DNA of 64,000 bases from a virus: the IMG/VR virus record IMGVR_UViG_3300044701_003423. One strand, 5' to 3'. Positions 37,001-45,901 of this stretch are shown here, piece by piece. Numbering within the stretch: the first letter of the stretch is position 1; every line of letters begins with the position of its first letter. The notes beneath the pieces are model-generated. The model ran no database searches and was not told the origin of the DNA. It saw only the letters and a program-made list of their open reading frames with translations. Made by a program: the position numbers and the translations under genes.

Positions 37001-37672
37001 CAAACAGACACTCCAAAAGATATTATTATTCATGCTACTCAACTTCGTGATGCTATGAATTCTAAATCAACGGGCGGAAAGCTTAAAAGAACTCAAACAG
37101 TCAGCTTGTCTATGATTGAAGATGAATTTACCTTGTCTTTGTGGCGAGCTGAAAATAACCCAATCTATTCTTACAGCGTAGCCATGCTCCAAGATATTCA
37201 GAAGATGATTATTGATAAATTTGGTTTTATTGAGGGCGATAGCGAGGACAATATTCTATTTACTCGCCCAATTGAATTTAAGCCTACAGACGCTAAAAAC
37301 ACAGAGGGTGGCATCAAAGCTCCTCGTATGGATATTATTGAGTCTTGGTCAAAAGTAGTTGAATCCTCTGAAAATGCTAGAAGATACATTACATATGGCA
37401 ACGAACCAAGAATCTTAGCTGGAGTTGTTGGAATTATTACTAACGTCGAGACAAAACTTTCAAAGAACGGCAATCCTTATTTGAGCTTTACTTTGGATAC
37501 AGGCACAGATAAGATTACAGGTATCAATGTATTTGGCTCTTCGGTGGACAAATACAAAGAGCATCTACAAACAAAGAAAATTGTTATGGTTTTAATGATT
37601 CCTAAGTTATGGAATGGAAAGCATTTTCCAGATGTAAAAAGAATTGTTCCGCTAATGGAACTAAAGTTATGA
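34082..37672 (+). CDS. dnaE: DNA polymerase III alpha-type (DnaE family) replicative polymerase with PHP domain
   Basis: 1196 aa. PHP motifs FHCHS...LTDHG...IHGVEAY, palm region GSGCSSLALYLIGIS...PDIDLD, HAGGVVI, and KSHSASYG. Confidence 0.85.
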   Translation: MEILTPKLPKYRPLCMCFHCHSAQASLDGGSSVKALVKRSKELGRKSATLTDHGQMGGLAELYEESMKAGLTPIHGVEAYLMSPWEPPKIYKNGKEEPATCHMTVLFKTQKAYEYFSSLTPIAHDRALIKYGDMKPLITWEELQEIGSEIVLGSGCYGSAVSKALKSGSPELAEQIYQKIRSIVGPESFFVEVMPHILDQKWIRPEYDKVSKEIIKSGMFVPNDLDECGLPIDLQKATNQFMIMMARKYKDPIVISEDAHIAVKEHKVVQDVRLGDNWRFSCSYSLESPDVWAEALLKQLPEITSRDIEEWVDNSYKIFEQFKDYKFETSKTRHLLPTMESVYNVSTESSSVQHLKKLIVENGRFPKDPEKAAIYADRLKEEIRVLTQLGYDFLPYIFTVHDVCNAMRERGYLANPRGSGCSSLALYLIGISIIDPIEWKLPFSRFLNEGRVKGGSFPDIDLDISVREVCLDYLKAKYQDKMALISTDVAMRLKLTIREVERWMFGKVRSSTEDVLDDMPFVPQGVSDLHFLFGYEDESTSEHVQGFLESGTQAAERFKKYIEEEKEIWEVVLACSGIPKARGVHAGGVVITPVPIQNVIPITKVNDQLATAYTMKWVEYVGGVKFDFLGVKTLESLSYSFEAIKRNLGVSFEWKQPEHDERVFADIIHQNKISGIFQISGGAVAPFIQKAPPKNVKDLAALIALCRPGALDAPAPDGSVLTAADYYVECSNNRKHPYYVHSELEPILSETYGVLVYQEQLMAIAKLVLGLNDQQADDWRRATGKKDKKLMDALCDDLKQAALKRGWNEEQAQRLVDTVVATARYSFNKSHSASYGVIAYIEAMIKCYYPAYYWLGKLTVNRGKEEKILAFLSECREYVLQPSVLHSHSHEWIVEGDKIRAPLAMIKGVGVEAAKAVGEFIRGHVDMSNPDHQWGSFLLALADSKKAKAAISFTATTVINLLYAGAFKEILPSQTDTPKDIIIHATQLRDAMNSKSTGGKLKRTQTVSLSMIEDEFTLSLWRAENNPIYSYSVAMLQDIQKMIIDKFGFIEGDSEDNILFTRPIEFKPTDAKNTEGGIKAPRMDIIESWSKVVESSENARRYITYGNEPRILAGVVGIITNVETKLSKNGNPYLSFTLDTGTDKITGINVFGSSVDKYKEHLQTKKIVMVLMIPKLWNGKHFPDVKRIVPLMELKL

Positions 37673-37714
37673 TTTGTGATGCCGATAGGATGGCAACTTT
37701 AAGTTGAGGTTTTT

Positions 37715-38734
37715 GTGGTTACTCACGACGAAGACGAAAATTGGTCTAGCCCACAGTTTGGAGATGTCGGAGCCGATACTCCATGGAGTGTCTCTATTAA
37801 AACCGGAGACACCCAAAAAGATATTCTTGTTAATCCAAATCAGCTTAAAGAAATTTTGGCAGAATCTGAACGTCAGCAAAAAGAAGCGGAAGAGGATTTT
37901 AAAGAGCGCCTCGTTGAACAAGCGTTGTCAGAAGCAAAAGATTTTCAAGACATGGTCGAAGACCGCATTCCCTTCTTTTCAGATGAGTTTCAACTTACTT
38001 TGCATAAAAAGTCTTTTGTCGTTGTGGGTGCTCCTACAGGTAACGGCAAGTCAACTTTTTGTATGCAGTCCGCTGCCCATGCTATTGCTAACAGACGAAG
38101 AATCTTGATTATTTCCAACGAGTTGCCTATTGAAGCCTATAGGAATGAAATTAGCCGTAAGCTGGCCGCAATGTTGGGCCTGTCCTATGAAAAAGCTTTT
38201 AAGAGAGTCTATCAGTATTCTCGTATTGAAGATGCCGAGTCTTCTCAAGGGTTGTCATTAGGGTGGCTGACCCTATGTACCTATACGTTTAGGTGTGCTC
38301 AGGAGTTTAATCCAGACTTAATTTTTGTTGACCAGTTGTCAAACGCCATGGCTGATATTGGTTATACAGGCAAGGGCAAGGTTGAAGATTTTAAAAAGAT
38401 TGAAACTATGAGTCAGCAGTTTGGCCTCAGAATCAACAGCCGTAAGTCTCCTAAGTATGCCCCTGTTATCTGCTTTCAGCAAATGTATCCGCCAGCAGGG
38501 CGGTCGGCCTTTCAGTGGGATATGTTTAGCTGCCTAAGAAAGTCAAAAGAGTCGTTGACCCACGCGACCCATGGTCTTATGCTTGTTAAGAAGGTCAATG
38601 CCAACAATGAAGTTCGCACTTGGCTAAAGATTCAAAAAGTTCGTTATCCTTACAAGTACGGCAAAGATATTACGACTTGGCAGATGAATGATAACTTTGT
38701 CTTGATTCCGGCAGAAGACGTGGAGGAGGAATGA
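37715..38734 (+). CDS. DnaB-like replicative helicase (RecA-fold domain)
   Basis: Walker A GAPTGNGKST and Walker B LIFVDQL. 339 aa, GTG start. Confidence 0.6.
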   Translation: MVTHDEDENWSSPQFGDVGADTPWSVSIKTGDTQKDILVNPNQLKEILAESERQQKEAEEDFKERLVEQALSEAKDFQDMVEDRIPFFSDEFQLTLHKKSFVVVGAPTGNGKSTFCMQSAAHAIANRRRILIISNELPIEAYRNEISRKLAAMLGLSYEKAFKRVYQYSRIEDAESSQGLSLGWLTLCTYTFRCAQEFNPDLIFVDQLSNAMADIGYTGKGKVEDFKKIETMSQQFGLRINSRKSPKYAPVICFQQMYPPAGRSAFQWDMFSCLRKSKESLTHATHGLMLVKKVNANNEVRTWLKIQKVRYPYKYGKDITTWQMNDNFVLIPAEDVEEE

Positions 38735-39003
38735 TGCGTCCAAATAGATATATGAACGGTGGACTCGACCAAACATCGCAAAATGCCTATTATGTCGATG
38801 ACGACGCTCCAAGACTAATTCTAACTATTTCTAATTTTTGGATTGATGACGATAAGTCGTTTGTCGCAGTAGCGGCCATCACTAGGTCTTCTGATAATGC
38901 AGTGTGGCACAGCGATGTTTTGGACCCCAGATTGCGCCAAGAAACACCCAGATTTTTTAATGACACTTATGTAACAGCAGATGATTTGATTTTTAGTTAT
39001 TAA
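38731..39003 (+). CDS. hypothetical protein
   Basis: 90-aa ORF with a 4-nt overlap with the helicase gene. Confidence 0.5.
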   Translation: MMRPNRYMNGGLDQTSQNAYYVDDDAPRLILTISNFWIDDDKSFVAVAAITRSSDNAVWHSDVLDPRLRQETPRFFNDTYVTADDLIFSY

Positions 39004-39013
39004 TGGAGTCGTT

Positions 39014-40015
39014 ATGTCTAAAGTAGCCAAAGTACGGAGCATTACTAAGTTACAGGCAGGTTTACAGGTTGAGCTAGGCAACTATCAGCTTGTTGTCAAT
39101 AGGACTATTGAGTCTGTAGATGAGTTAGGAAACGTCGTTAAGGTATCAGAACCTCACCTGCTAGATATGGACATTCAGACACCAAAGACCAAAGAATCCT
39201 ATAAGATTACCGAAGGAGCATGGCGTATTACCCCTGAAGAGGGTCTTCAGCCCATGGAACTGACAGAGATTCAGTATTACGAGACAGACACCTCCAGAGA
39301 ACTCATGAAGCACTTCAGTGTCTTTATGTCTAAGCTGGACATCTACAAGAAAAGAAAGATTGCCCCCAAAAGAGGGTTTTTGTTCGGCAGTGAACCGGGG
39401 ATTGGTAAATCTAGCCTCATCAACTACTTTTGCCGCCAAATTATCAAGATGCCCAAGGCTTGCATTCTCAGAGTAGACTCTCAGCAAGTCAGCTTTGAGA
39501 CTTTGATTGATATGTTCTCAAATGCTCAAGAGTCGGCTGCCAGCTTGATTCTTTTGGTTATAGAGGATATTGGCGGGTCTGGCCTTGAAGAAAGAGCAGG
39601 CCGTGTTGATTCTGAGATGCTTAACTTCTTGGACGGCAACGCAGATGTATTCAAAATCCCTACTTTGATTGTAGCCACAACCAACTACCTAGATGTATTG
39701 AACAAAACTTTGACCAGTAGACCGGGACGGTTTGACATCGTCCGTGAAGTAGAGCCGCCAAAAGACGAAGAAATTATTTTTCTTGTAGAAAAGTTTATGG
39801 ATAGAGAACTAACTGCCGATGAGAAGCAGTTGTTTGTGGGAACTAAGCTAACTCCTGCTTACAGCAAAGAAGCAGTGTTACGGCATGAGTTATATGATAT
39901 TCCTCTTGCGGATGCGGTGGTTGAAGTGCTACTACAACGTAAGAAGGCTGAATCGGGTGGACTAAAGAAAGAACAGCGTTCGATGGGTTTTAATGACGAT
40001 TACGATAATTTTTGA
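39014..40015 (+). CDS. AAA+ ATPase (classical AAA clade)
   Basis: Walker A GSEPGIGKSS, Walker B LLVIEDIGG, and ATTNYLDVLNKTLTSRPGRFD (sensor / second region of homology). Confidence 0.7.
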   Translation: MSKVAKVRSITKLQAGLQVELGNYQLVVNRTIESVDELGNVVKVSEPHLLDMDIQTPKTKESYKITEGAWRITPEEGLQPMELTEIQYYETDTSRELMKHFSVFMSKLDIYKKRKIAPKRGFLFGSEPGIGKSSLINYFCRQIIKMPKACILRVDSQQVSFETLIDMFSNAQESAASLILLVIEDIGGSGLEERAGRVDSEMLNFLDGNADVFKIPTLIVATTNYLDVLNKTLTSRPGRFDIVREVEPPKDEEIIFLVEKFMDRELTADEKQLFVGTKLTPAYSKEAVLRHELYDIPLADAVVEVLLQRKKAESGGLKKEQRSMGFNDDYDNF

Positions 40016-40028
40016 TTAAGGGGGCTTT

Positions 40029-41030
40029 GTGCGCCATTCCCCACGAGACGGCATCAAAAGAGATATATTGATGCCCGTCGTTAAGTATATGACTCTTTTA
40101 TACGGAGACGAGCAGTACGTCTGGGCGGCAGACTATCTGCTCCAAAAACATTTCTCCATGACAAAAGAGCAAGCTATCCTTCAGTATATTGACAGAAGCT
40201 TTGAAAGGGGCGCTTACATTGCCGTAAATGCCGCAAAACAACTTAATATCAATAAAACATCTGAAAACGTATTTGTTCTTAGAAATTTTCTTATAGAATT
40301 TGACCAACTGCCACTCGAAGAACAAATTCCATTTATGAAAAAGATTGGTTTACCGTACTCGGCTTGCATTTATTCAGGTGGCAAATCATATCATTTTATT
40401 ATTTCTTTAAAAGAACCTCTATACCATCATACAGGAGAGCTTAAAAGCAATGGCTTATTACAATACAAAGACATCTTTTATAGGATTCATTTTTTATGCG
40501 AAGAGAAAAATGACCGCGCATGTAGTGACCCCGCTCGTTTCACTCGGTTTCCGAATTCTATCAGGTCTAACACAGTACAGCAAATTGTCGAAATATCTGA
40601 CAGAATTGACAATTCAGAATTGTTTGACCTTATATATTCTCCTGCGTTCGAGGAAAAATACAAACAAACAAAGTGGCACCAAATCTTTCAAAAGGATGCT
40701 CAAGCTTCGCCGCAAGCAGTAAACAGAGCCGACATTGTCAAAAAGCTAGATTGGTATGTAAATACTTACTTGGGACTATCAACAGAGATTGGCGGCAAGT
40801 TACAAATAGCCTGCCCGTGCTGTCGAGAAGAGGGCGGCGACAACCATGGAGACAACCTGCACATTACTGGGCCAGACGCCCTGTTTCATTGCTTTAAAGA
40901 CCCCGAAATACACAACGATAAGATACTCGTAGCTATAGATAAGTTGATGCAAGAGGCGGGAACATTGACAAAGAAGCCAGAATTTACTATAAATAAGACG
41001 GATAATTTAATTGACTGGAATAACTTATGA
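40029..41030 (+). CDS. archaeo-eukaryotic-type primase (AEP) with C-terminal zinc finger
   Basis: LIEFD acidic motif, SGGKSYHFI (sGxxxH motif), and CPCCREEGGDNHGDNLH zinc-binding element. AAGGGGG precedes the GTG start. Confidence 0.55.
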   Translation: MRHSPRDGIKRDILMPVVKYMTLLYGDEQYVWAADYLLQKHFSMTKEQAILQYIDRSFERGAYIAVNAAKQLNINKTSENVFVLRNFLIEFDQLPLEEQIPFMKKIGLPYSACIYSGGKSYHFIISLKEPLYHHTGELKSNGLLQYKDIFYRIHFLCEEKNDRACSDPARFTRFPNSIRSNTVQQIVEISDRIDNSELFDLIYSPAFEEKYKQTKWHQIFQKDAQASPQAVNRADIVKKLDWYVNTYLGLSTEIGGKLQIACPCCREEGGDNHGDNLHITGPDALFHCFKDPEIHNDKILVAIDKLMQEAGTLTKKPEFTINKTDNLIDWNNL

Positions 41031-41614
41031 GAATTTTGGCTTTTGACCCCGGTATTTCGGGTGGTTATGCAATTTTAGACGGCTTCATAGTCGTTGCTCG
41101 CGGCAGGATGCCAATTGACAAAAACCTTAAGAACAAAAAGTCAACAATCAATCTGGTTGAAGTTGGCCAGCTTATGGTCAATCATCGGCCAGATGTTGTT
41201 GTTTTAGAGAGACAAGCACCAAGACCGGGAGAGGGAGTCAGCTCAGCTTGGACTTCTGGCTATAACTTTGGACTGTTGTTTGCCACAGCCTCTGCAATTG
41301 TAAATAATATTGCACTAGTCGCTCCTCGGACTTGGGCAACAAAACTACATGACTCAGAGTCACCTTTTGAAGACCCCAAGGCAAGAAGTTTAGAGGTTGC
41401 AAAAAAACTCTTCCCTTTAGAGGATTTTCTTGCTACAGAAAGAAGCAGCAAGCCGCATGAAGGCATCATTGATGCCCTATTGATTGGCTATTGGTATAAC
41501 CAGTACGGACAATTCATTGTAGAGAAAGAGCCAAAACCTAAAAACAAGAAACAGACTCCAAAAAAGAAAGGCAAAAAAGATGAAAAGACTAGAAAAAAGC
41601 CGTTGGGCGTTTAA
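41027..41614 (+). CDS. ruvC: RuvC-like Holliday junction resolvase
   Basis: MRILAFDPGISGGYAIL (catalytic D), VVLERQ (E), and IDALLIGYW (D). Basic C-terminal tail. Confidence 0.75.
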   Translation: MRILAFDPGISGGYAILDGFIVVARGRMPIDKNLKNKKSTINLVEVGQLMVNHRPDVVVLERQAPRPGEGVSSAWTSGYNFGLLFATASAIVNNIALVAPRTWATKLHDSESPFEDPKARSLEVAKKLFPLEDFLATERSSKPHEGIIDALLIGYWYNQYGQFIVEKEPKPKNKKQTPKKKGKKDEKTRKKPLGV

Positions 41615-42230
41615 AGACAAACAGTCAACTATCTACAGTAAACACACTCCAGTGCCAGTGTGGGTTGTGTTGATGTCCAAAGACAACAGCATATTTGTAG
41701 ATACAGTCCACGCATTGTTAGAGGCTCAGGCTAAGTATATGCCGTGGCATGGTTTGTTTGTTATGGACGCTGTTAATTATTTAAGAGAAGAGGGCTATTC
41801 TCACAGATTGCCAGCTGTAGGCGACATCATGGAGTTGTCTGAGTCTGTATCTCTTCTTTTGCTGCAAGAAATTATGATTCACTTTAACGAGGTCTGCAGG
41901 GTATCGGATGACCCTGTTAAATCTTACAATGGAACTGATTTAGTAGTAAAGGAGCCTTATGACTATGCACGCATTTTAGATTATTTGGTTAGCTGCCAAG
42001 ACGGAACAACCCTGAGCTGTATGTTTGATACTCAGCGTACAGACACAAAGGTGTACTTCACGGTAGTTCACGACATTTCTGAAGAATATTATTCTACACT
42101 AAAAAATATGTCTTCAAAATTACTACTTATTTCTGATTCACCTAAAGATAATCTCACTTTTGACGATACTTTTATTGTGACAGCGGAGAACGCTGACACT
42201 TCTTTTGAATTTATTGCTAAGCATGTTTAA
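41580..42230 (+). CDS. hypothetical protein
   Basis: 216-aa ORF overlapping ruvC by 35 nt, so the start is uncertain. Confidence 0.45.
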   Translation: MKRLEKSRWAFKDKQSTIYSKHTPVPVWVVLMSKDNSIFVDTVHALLEAQAKYMPWHGLFVMDAVNYLREEGYSHRLPAVGDIMELSESVSLLLLQEIMIHFNEVCRVSDDPVKSYNGTDLVVKEPYDYARILDYLVSCQDGTTLSCMFDTQRTDTKVYFTVVHDISEEYYSTLKNMSSKLLLISDSPKDNLTFDDTFIVTAENADTSFEFIAKHV

Positions 42231-42245
42231 TTGGAGGTACCTACT

Positions 42246-43208
42246 ATGTCATTTCTTGATAACTTTAATCCTGATGCTCTTCCTGAAACTGCAAAATCTG
42301 GCTCTGCTGCTGGTGGCCGCCCCAAGGCGCTCACTGTACCAGAAGGCAAGCCACTTATCTGCAAAATCATTCCTATTGTCTATATGAAGGATGGAGGAGG
42401 AAATCCCGCCTTTTATTATGGATTCAATAAGTTCACCTATAAGAGAAAGATGCCAGACGGCACCATGGCTAACTGGACACGCCCATCACTCCAAGTTCAA
42501 GGTCAAAAAGACCCACAGTTTGAGCTGTTTATGGAGCTGAAGAAGAAACAAAAAGAAATTAAAAACAAAGAAAGCGCCGAATACAAAGAGCTTGACGCGC
42601 AGGCAAGAATTCACAGACCAACACGCAGGGGCGTTCTTCTTGTAAACGTCTTGGGCTCAGACAAGGTCGAAGCGCTCGAAGTTCCAGAGACTGTCATTAA
42701 GATTTTGTTTGGCACAGAAGCTTACGGTGACAAGCCAGCTCAAGAAGGCTTGTATCAGACCCTGCGCCGTAAAGGCACCAACTTGTTTAATACCATGGCT
42801 CCTACGGGTTGGCTGCGCATTTCCCGTACTGGTTCAGGATTGAACACAGAATATTCTGTAGACCTTTACAGAACAGAGCAGAAAGTCGAGGGCCTTGACG
42901 ACCCTGTTTTGGCTGTCTTTAAGGCAGAGCCATCGCAAGCTCTTAAGAGCCTTAAAGAGTCTGACTTGCCAGACGTTATTGAGATTGCTTCCAACTATAT
43001 GTGGACTGTAGGAGAGGTACAAGAGTATCTTTCTGCTGGCAAAACTCCAGAGCGTCGTAGCAATGCAGCTTCAACACCAACCAATGAAGAAGTTGATGTC
43101 CCCGCTATGATGTCTACTCCTACTCCCGCTCCGCAGCCTAAGCCAACTGCGCCAAAAGCAGCAGCCCCATCGTCAATTGACGACGCTCTTGATGCAGTGT
43201 TCCGGTAA
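42246..43208 (+). CDS. putative gp32-like ssDNA-binding protein
   Basis: ATG at 42246 after GGAGG. The block order loosely parallels T4 gp32. A Pro/Ala-rich linker is followed by an acidic C-terminus (SSIDDALDAVFR). No zinc finger. Confidence 0.35.
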   Translation: MSFLDNFNPDALPETAKSGSAAGGRPKALTVPEGKPLICKIIPIVYMKDGGGNPAFYYGFNKFTYKRKMPDGTMANWTRPSLQVQGQKDPQFELFMELKKKQKEIKNKESAEYKELDAQARIHRPTRRGVLLVNVLGSDKVEALEVPETVIKILFGTEAYGDKPAQEGLYQTLRRKGTNLFNTMAPTGWLRISRTGSGLNTEYSVDLYRTEQKVEGLDDPVLAVFKAEPSQALKSLKESDLPDVIEIASNYMWTVGEVQEYLSAGKTPERRSNAASTPTNEEVDVPAMMSTPTPAPQPKPTAPKAAAPSSIDDALDAVFR

Positions 43209-43249
43209 TGCCGGAACACTCTTAAACACGGAAGGCTAGGGGGGAAGTC

Positions 43250-43729
43250 ATGAAAGAAGTTAAGCGCGTTGATTCTCAAGATGTAATTCCTGAGTACATT
43301 GACACTCTTAAAAACTATCTTGTCATCGCGTCAAATATCCATGAACTGAAGACAGACTACGATGCCAACAGGGCCATTTCCGCTCTGTCTGAGGGTATGA
43401 GTCTCTTAAGTGGTTACTTGGGGTCAGTTACCTATAGTTTTAATATGGCGCGTTCCGAGGTTAAGCGCTCTAAGGCTCTCGCCGCCCTAGAGCGGTTTCC
43501 AGAATACTGCCAACAAATGAATATTGCCAAGCCTACTGCTGACTTACGCGAACACTTTGTCAACCTTGACACAGATGTTCAAACAGCTCAACAACGCGAA
43601 GCAATGTACGAAGCCATGCTGGAACAACTTAATTTGATTAAGATGAATCTCATTATGGCTCAGTCTAGCATTAAAGCTTCAAGATATGGTTTTAATGAGA
43701 CTAGACAAATGTCAGGAAATATGGTTTAA
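43250..43729 (+). CDS. hypothetical protein (possible UvsY-like mediator)
   Basis: 159-aa helical protein between the putative SSB and the UvsX-like recombinase. Weak resemblance to UvsY only. Confidence 0.25.
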   Translation: MKEVKRVDSQDVIPEYIDTLKNYLVIASNIHELKTDYDANRAISALSEGMSLLSGYLGSVTYSFNMARSEVKRSKALAALERFPEYCQQMNIAKPTADLREHFVNLDTDVQTAQQREAMYEAMLEQLNLIKMNLIMAQSSIKASRYGFNETRQMSGNMV

Positions 43730-43746
43730 TAATTTCATAAGAAACA

Positions 43747-44718
43747 ATGGTGTTGTCTTATGCTGTTAATACGATTGGAGGTTTTGTGTTTTTTAAGTCT
43801 TTTCTTTCTATTCCATTGTCTATTCTAGCTTTGACAACAGTTGGGTCAGCCTCAGCTTCTGAGTTTTCAAACAATAGTTCTAAGCCAATTTTGTCGCAAA
43901 AAAATAATAGCAGCGATGTTACTTGCCAAAGCCTTGAATGCCAACAAAAGCTTACTTCTAGTAAAAATTCTATTGTGCTTTCTGATAATACAATCGTACT
44001 ACGTGGCGAGGTTGACGGAACCAGCGTGTCAAAAGCTATCTCTGCTTTGATGACCGCTCAAGGGGATACGGTTAATTTGTTTCTTAGCTCCCCCGGTGGT
44101 TCAGTAATGGATGGCGTACAGCTTGTACAGGCAATTCGTTCTGTTAATAAAAAAGTAGTTTGTGTAACAGACTTTTCTGCTTCGATGTCATTTGTTATCC
44201 TTCAAGCTTGCGATGAGCGCGTGGTTCTCGAATCATCTATTTTGATGCAACATGTTCCCTCTTTTGGACTAAGGTTCCAACCTCAGCCAAATGCAATTGC
44301 GTTTGTTGAATTTTTGAAGCAAATGACCAATGCAATTGATGCTGCACAAGCAAAACGCATGGAATTGCCAGTAGAAAGATTTAAACAACTTGTAAGAGAT
44401 GATTATTGGCTATTTGGCCGCGATGCTGTCAAGGCAAAGGCCGCCGACCGCGTTGCTCAAGCCGTTTGTACACCGGATTTGGTAAACAAAGAAGAAAAAC
44501 AAACTCTTTCTCTATTCGGCGGTTATGTTCGCCTTAATATAACTTGGTCAAAGTGTCCGCTGATAACTGAGCCAAAATCGGTTGAAATTGCACGTAATGG
44601 CACACTAACTCCTGCGCAAGAACTAAGTTTGCAAAAACAACTTACAAAAATTCTTGATTATAAAGCAGAAGCTCGTAAGATGATTGACGAGGCAATGGGA
44701 TTCAAAGTCTCAGAATAA
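43747..44718 (+). CDS. exported ClpP/NfeD-class serine protease
   Basis: LRGEVDG...NLFLSSPGGSVMDGVQLVQAIRS...DFSASMSFVILQACDERV is a ClpP/S49-type core. Sec-type signal FFKSFLSIPLSILALTTVGSASA|SE. Alternative GTG start at 43786 after GGAGG. Confidence 0.6.
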   Translation: MVLSYAVNTIGGFVFFKSFLSIPLSILALTTVGSASASEFSNNSSKPILSQKNNSSDVTCQSLECQQKLTSSKNSIVLSDNTIVLRGEVDGTSVSKAISALMTAQGDTVNLFLSSPGGSVMDGVQLVQAIRSVNKKVVCVTDFSASMSFVILQACDERVVLESSILMQHVPSFGLRFQPQPNAIAFVEFLKQMTNAIDAAQAKRMELPVERFKQLVRDDYWLFGRDAVKAKAADRVAQAVCTPDLVNKEEKQTLSLFGGYVRLNITWSKCPLITEPKSVEIARNGTLTPAQELSLQKQLTKILDYKAEARKMIDEAMGFKVSE

Positions 44719-44742
44719 CTGAGACTTTCCCTTTTTTATTTT
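44706..44742 (+). terminator. rho-independent terminator
   Basis: 8-bp stem agtctcag / ctgagact with an aataa loop that contains the stop codon, followed by ttcccttttttatttt. Confidence 0.65.
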
Positions 44743-44755
44743 GTAGGAGGTTATT

Positions 44756-45901
44756 ATGGCTAAGCTTCCAAGTTATTTTTCTAAATTGACCCGCGACCTT
44801 GATTATGCAGTAATGGCAGCCAACCTCGCGTCTCAGGAAGATAAAACTAACTTTGACGCAGGTGACCCTGCACTTAACTGGGGCACGGGCAAAATCCCCA
44901 CAGACCGTATTACCATTCTTGCCGGTGTTCCTGGGGCCTGCAAGTCCTTTCTAATGTATTATTGGATTGGTCAACTTATGAAGGCTAATCCAGAAGCGGG
45001 CGCTGTAATCTTTGACATCGAATACTATCTACACAACAAGCCTGACCGTGTACGTCGTCTTGCTCAGTTTGGTATTGACCTCAATCGTCTATTGATTATT
45101 AGCTCTAACGAACCAGACAAGGTATTTGCCAAGCTTTCTATGCTCGAAGAGGGTGTTAAAGAGTCTCCTAACAGTCTTTGCGCAATTGGTGTAGACTCGC
45201 TTGGCGGTGCCACCGCTGCGTACGATGAAAAGAAGATTAAAGAAGGCGAAATCGAGCAAGCAGGCAATAAGTTTGGCGGTATGGCTAAAGTCATGGGCCC
45301 TCTCGTTAAGGCTATGACTCGCATCTCTGCTGAGAACAAAGTAGCTTGCTTTCTTATTCAACACGCTATTCAGGATATGGCTGCAGACCCAAGCGGCCCT
45401 AAAAAATGGATTGTTACAGGCGGACAGAAGCTTAAGCACCAAGCTGACCTCATGCTTTTGATGGAGTCAGTAGAGCGCAAGGATGCTGGCTTGACTGCTG
45501 ATAATAATACCATTGAGAACAGCGATAAAGATGCTGTCAAAGTTGGTAAAACAATCCGCGCCCGTGTTCTCAAGAGTCGTAACACTGTTGAGGGCCGCGT
45601 TGTTGAGTTTCAGGTCAATATGGAAACTTGTCAGATTGTCAACAAAAACAGGTCGCTGTTTAACTTGGCCAAGAAGCTAGGAGTCGTGTACCACCCAACG
45701 GGAGATTCAGGTAAGCCTAGTCTTCATTGGTGGGCATACAAGGACGAAAAGGGCGTGGAATATAAGTTTCATGGCCAAGAAAAGACAGAAGATTCGTTGG
45801 TTCCTGATTCTCCAGCATACCAAGCGGTTGAGCGTCAGTGTATGACAGCTTCAATGAAGCTTTCAGAAAACGAAACAGTTAATATTGACCTTGAGGATTG
45901 A
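44756..45901 (+). CDS. UvsX/RecA-family recombinase
   Basis: ILAGVPGACKSF (Walker A, compare T4 UvsX ILAGPSKSFKS), IFDIEYY, and GVDSLGG (Walker B). Confidence 0.65.
   Translation: MAKLPSYFSKLTRDLDYAVMAANLASQEDKTNFDAGDPALNWGTGKIPTDRITILAGVPGACKSFLMYYWIGQLMKANPEAGAVIFDIEYYLHNKPDRVRRLAQFGIDLNRLLIISSNEPDKVFAKLSMLEEGVKESPNSLCAIGVDSLGGATAAYDEKKIKEGEIEQAGNKFGGMAKVMGPLVKAMTRISAENKVACFLIQHAIQDMAADPSGPKKWIVTGGQKLKHQADLMLLMESVERKDAGLTADNNTIENSDKDAVKVGKTIRARVLKSRNTVEGRVVEFQVNMETCQIVNKNRSLFNLAKKLGVVYHPTGDSGKPSLHWWAYKDEKGVEYKFHGQEKTEDSLVPDSPAYQAVERQCMTASMKLSENETVNIDLED

Noticed and set aside
37667-38108. ORFs 37667..37921 (-) and 37704..38108 (+)
   Set aside because: They overlap the helicase gene frame that carries the Walker motifs, and their translations are low complexity.
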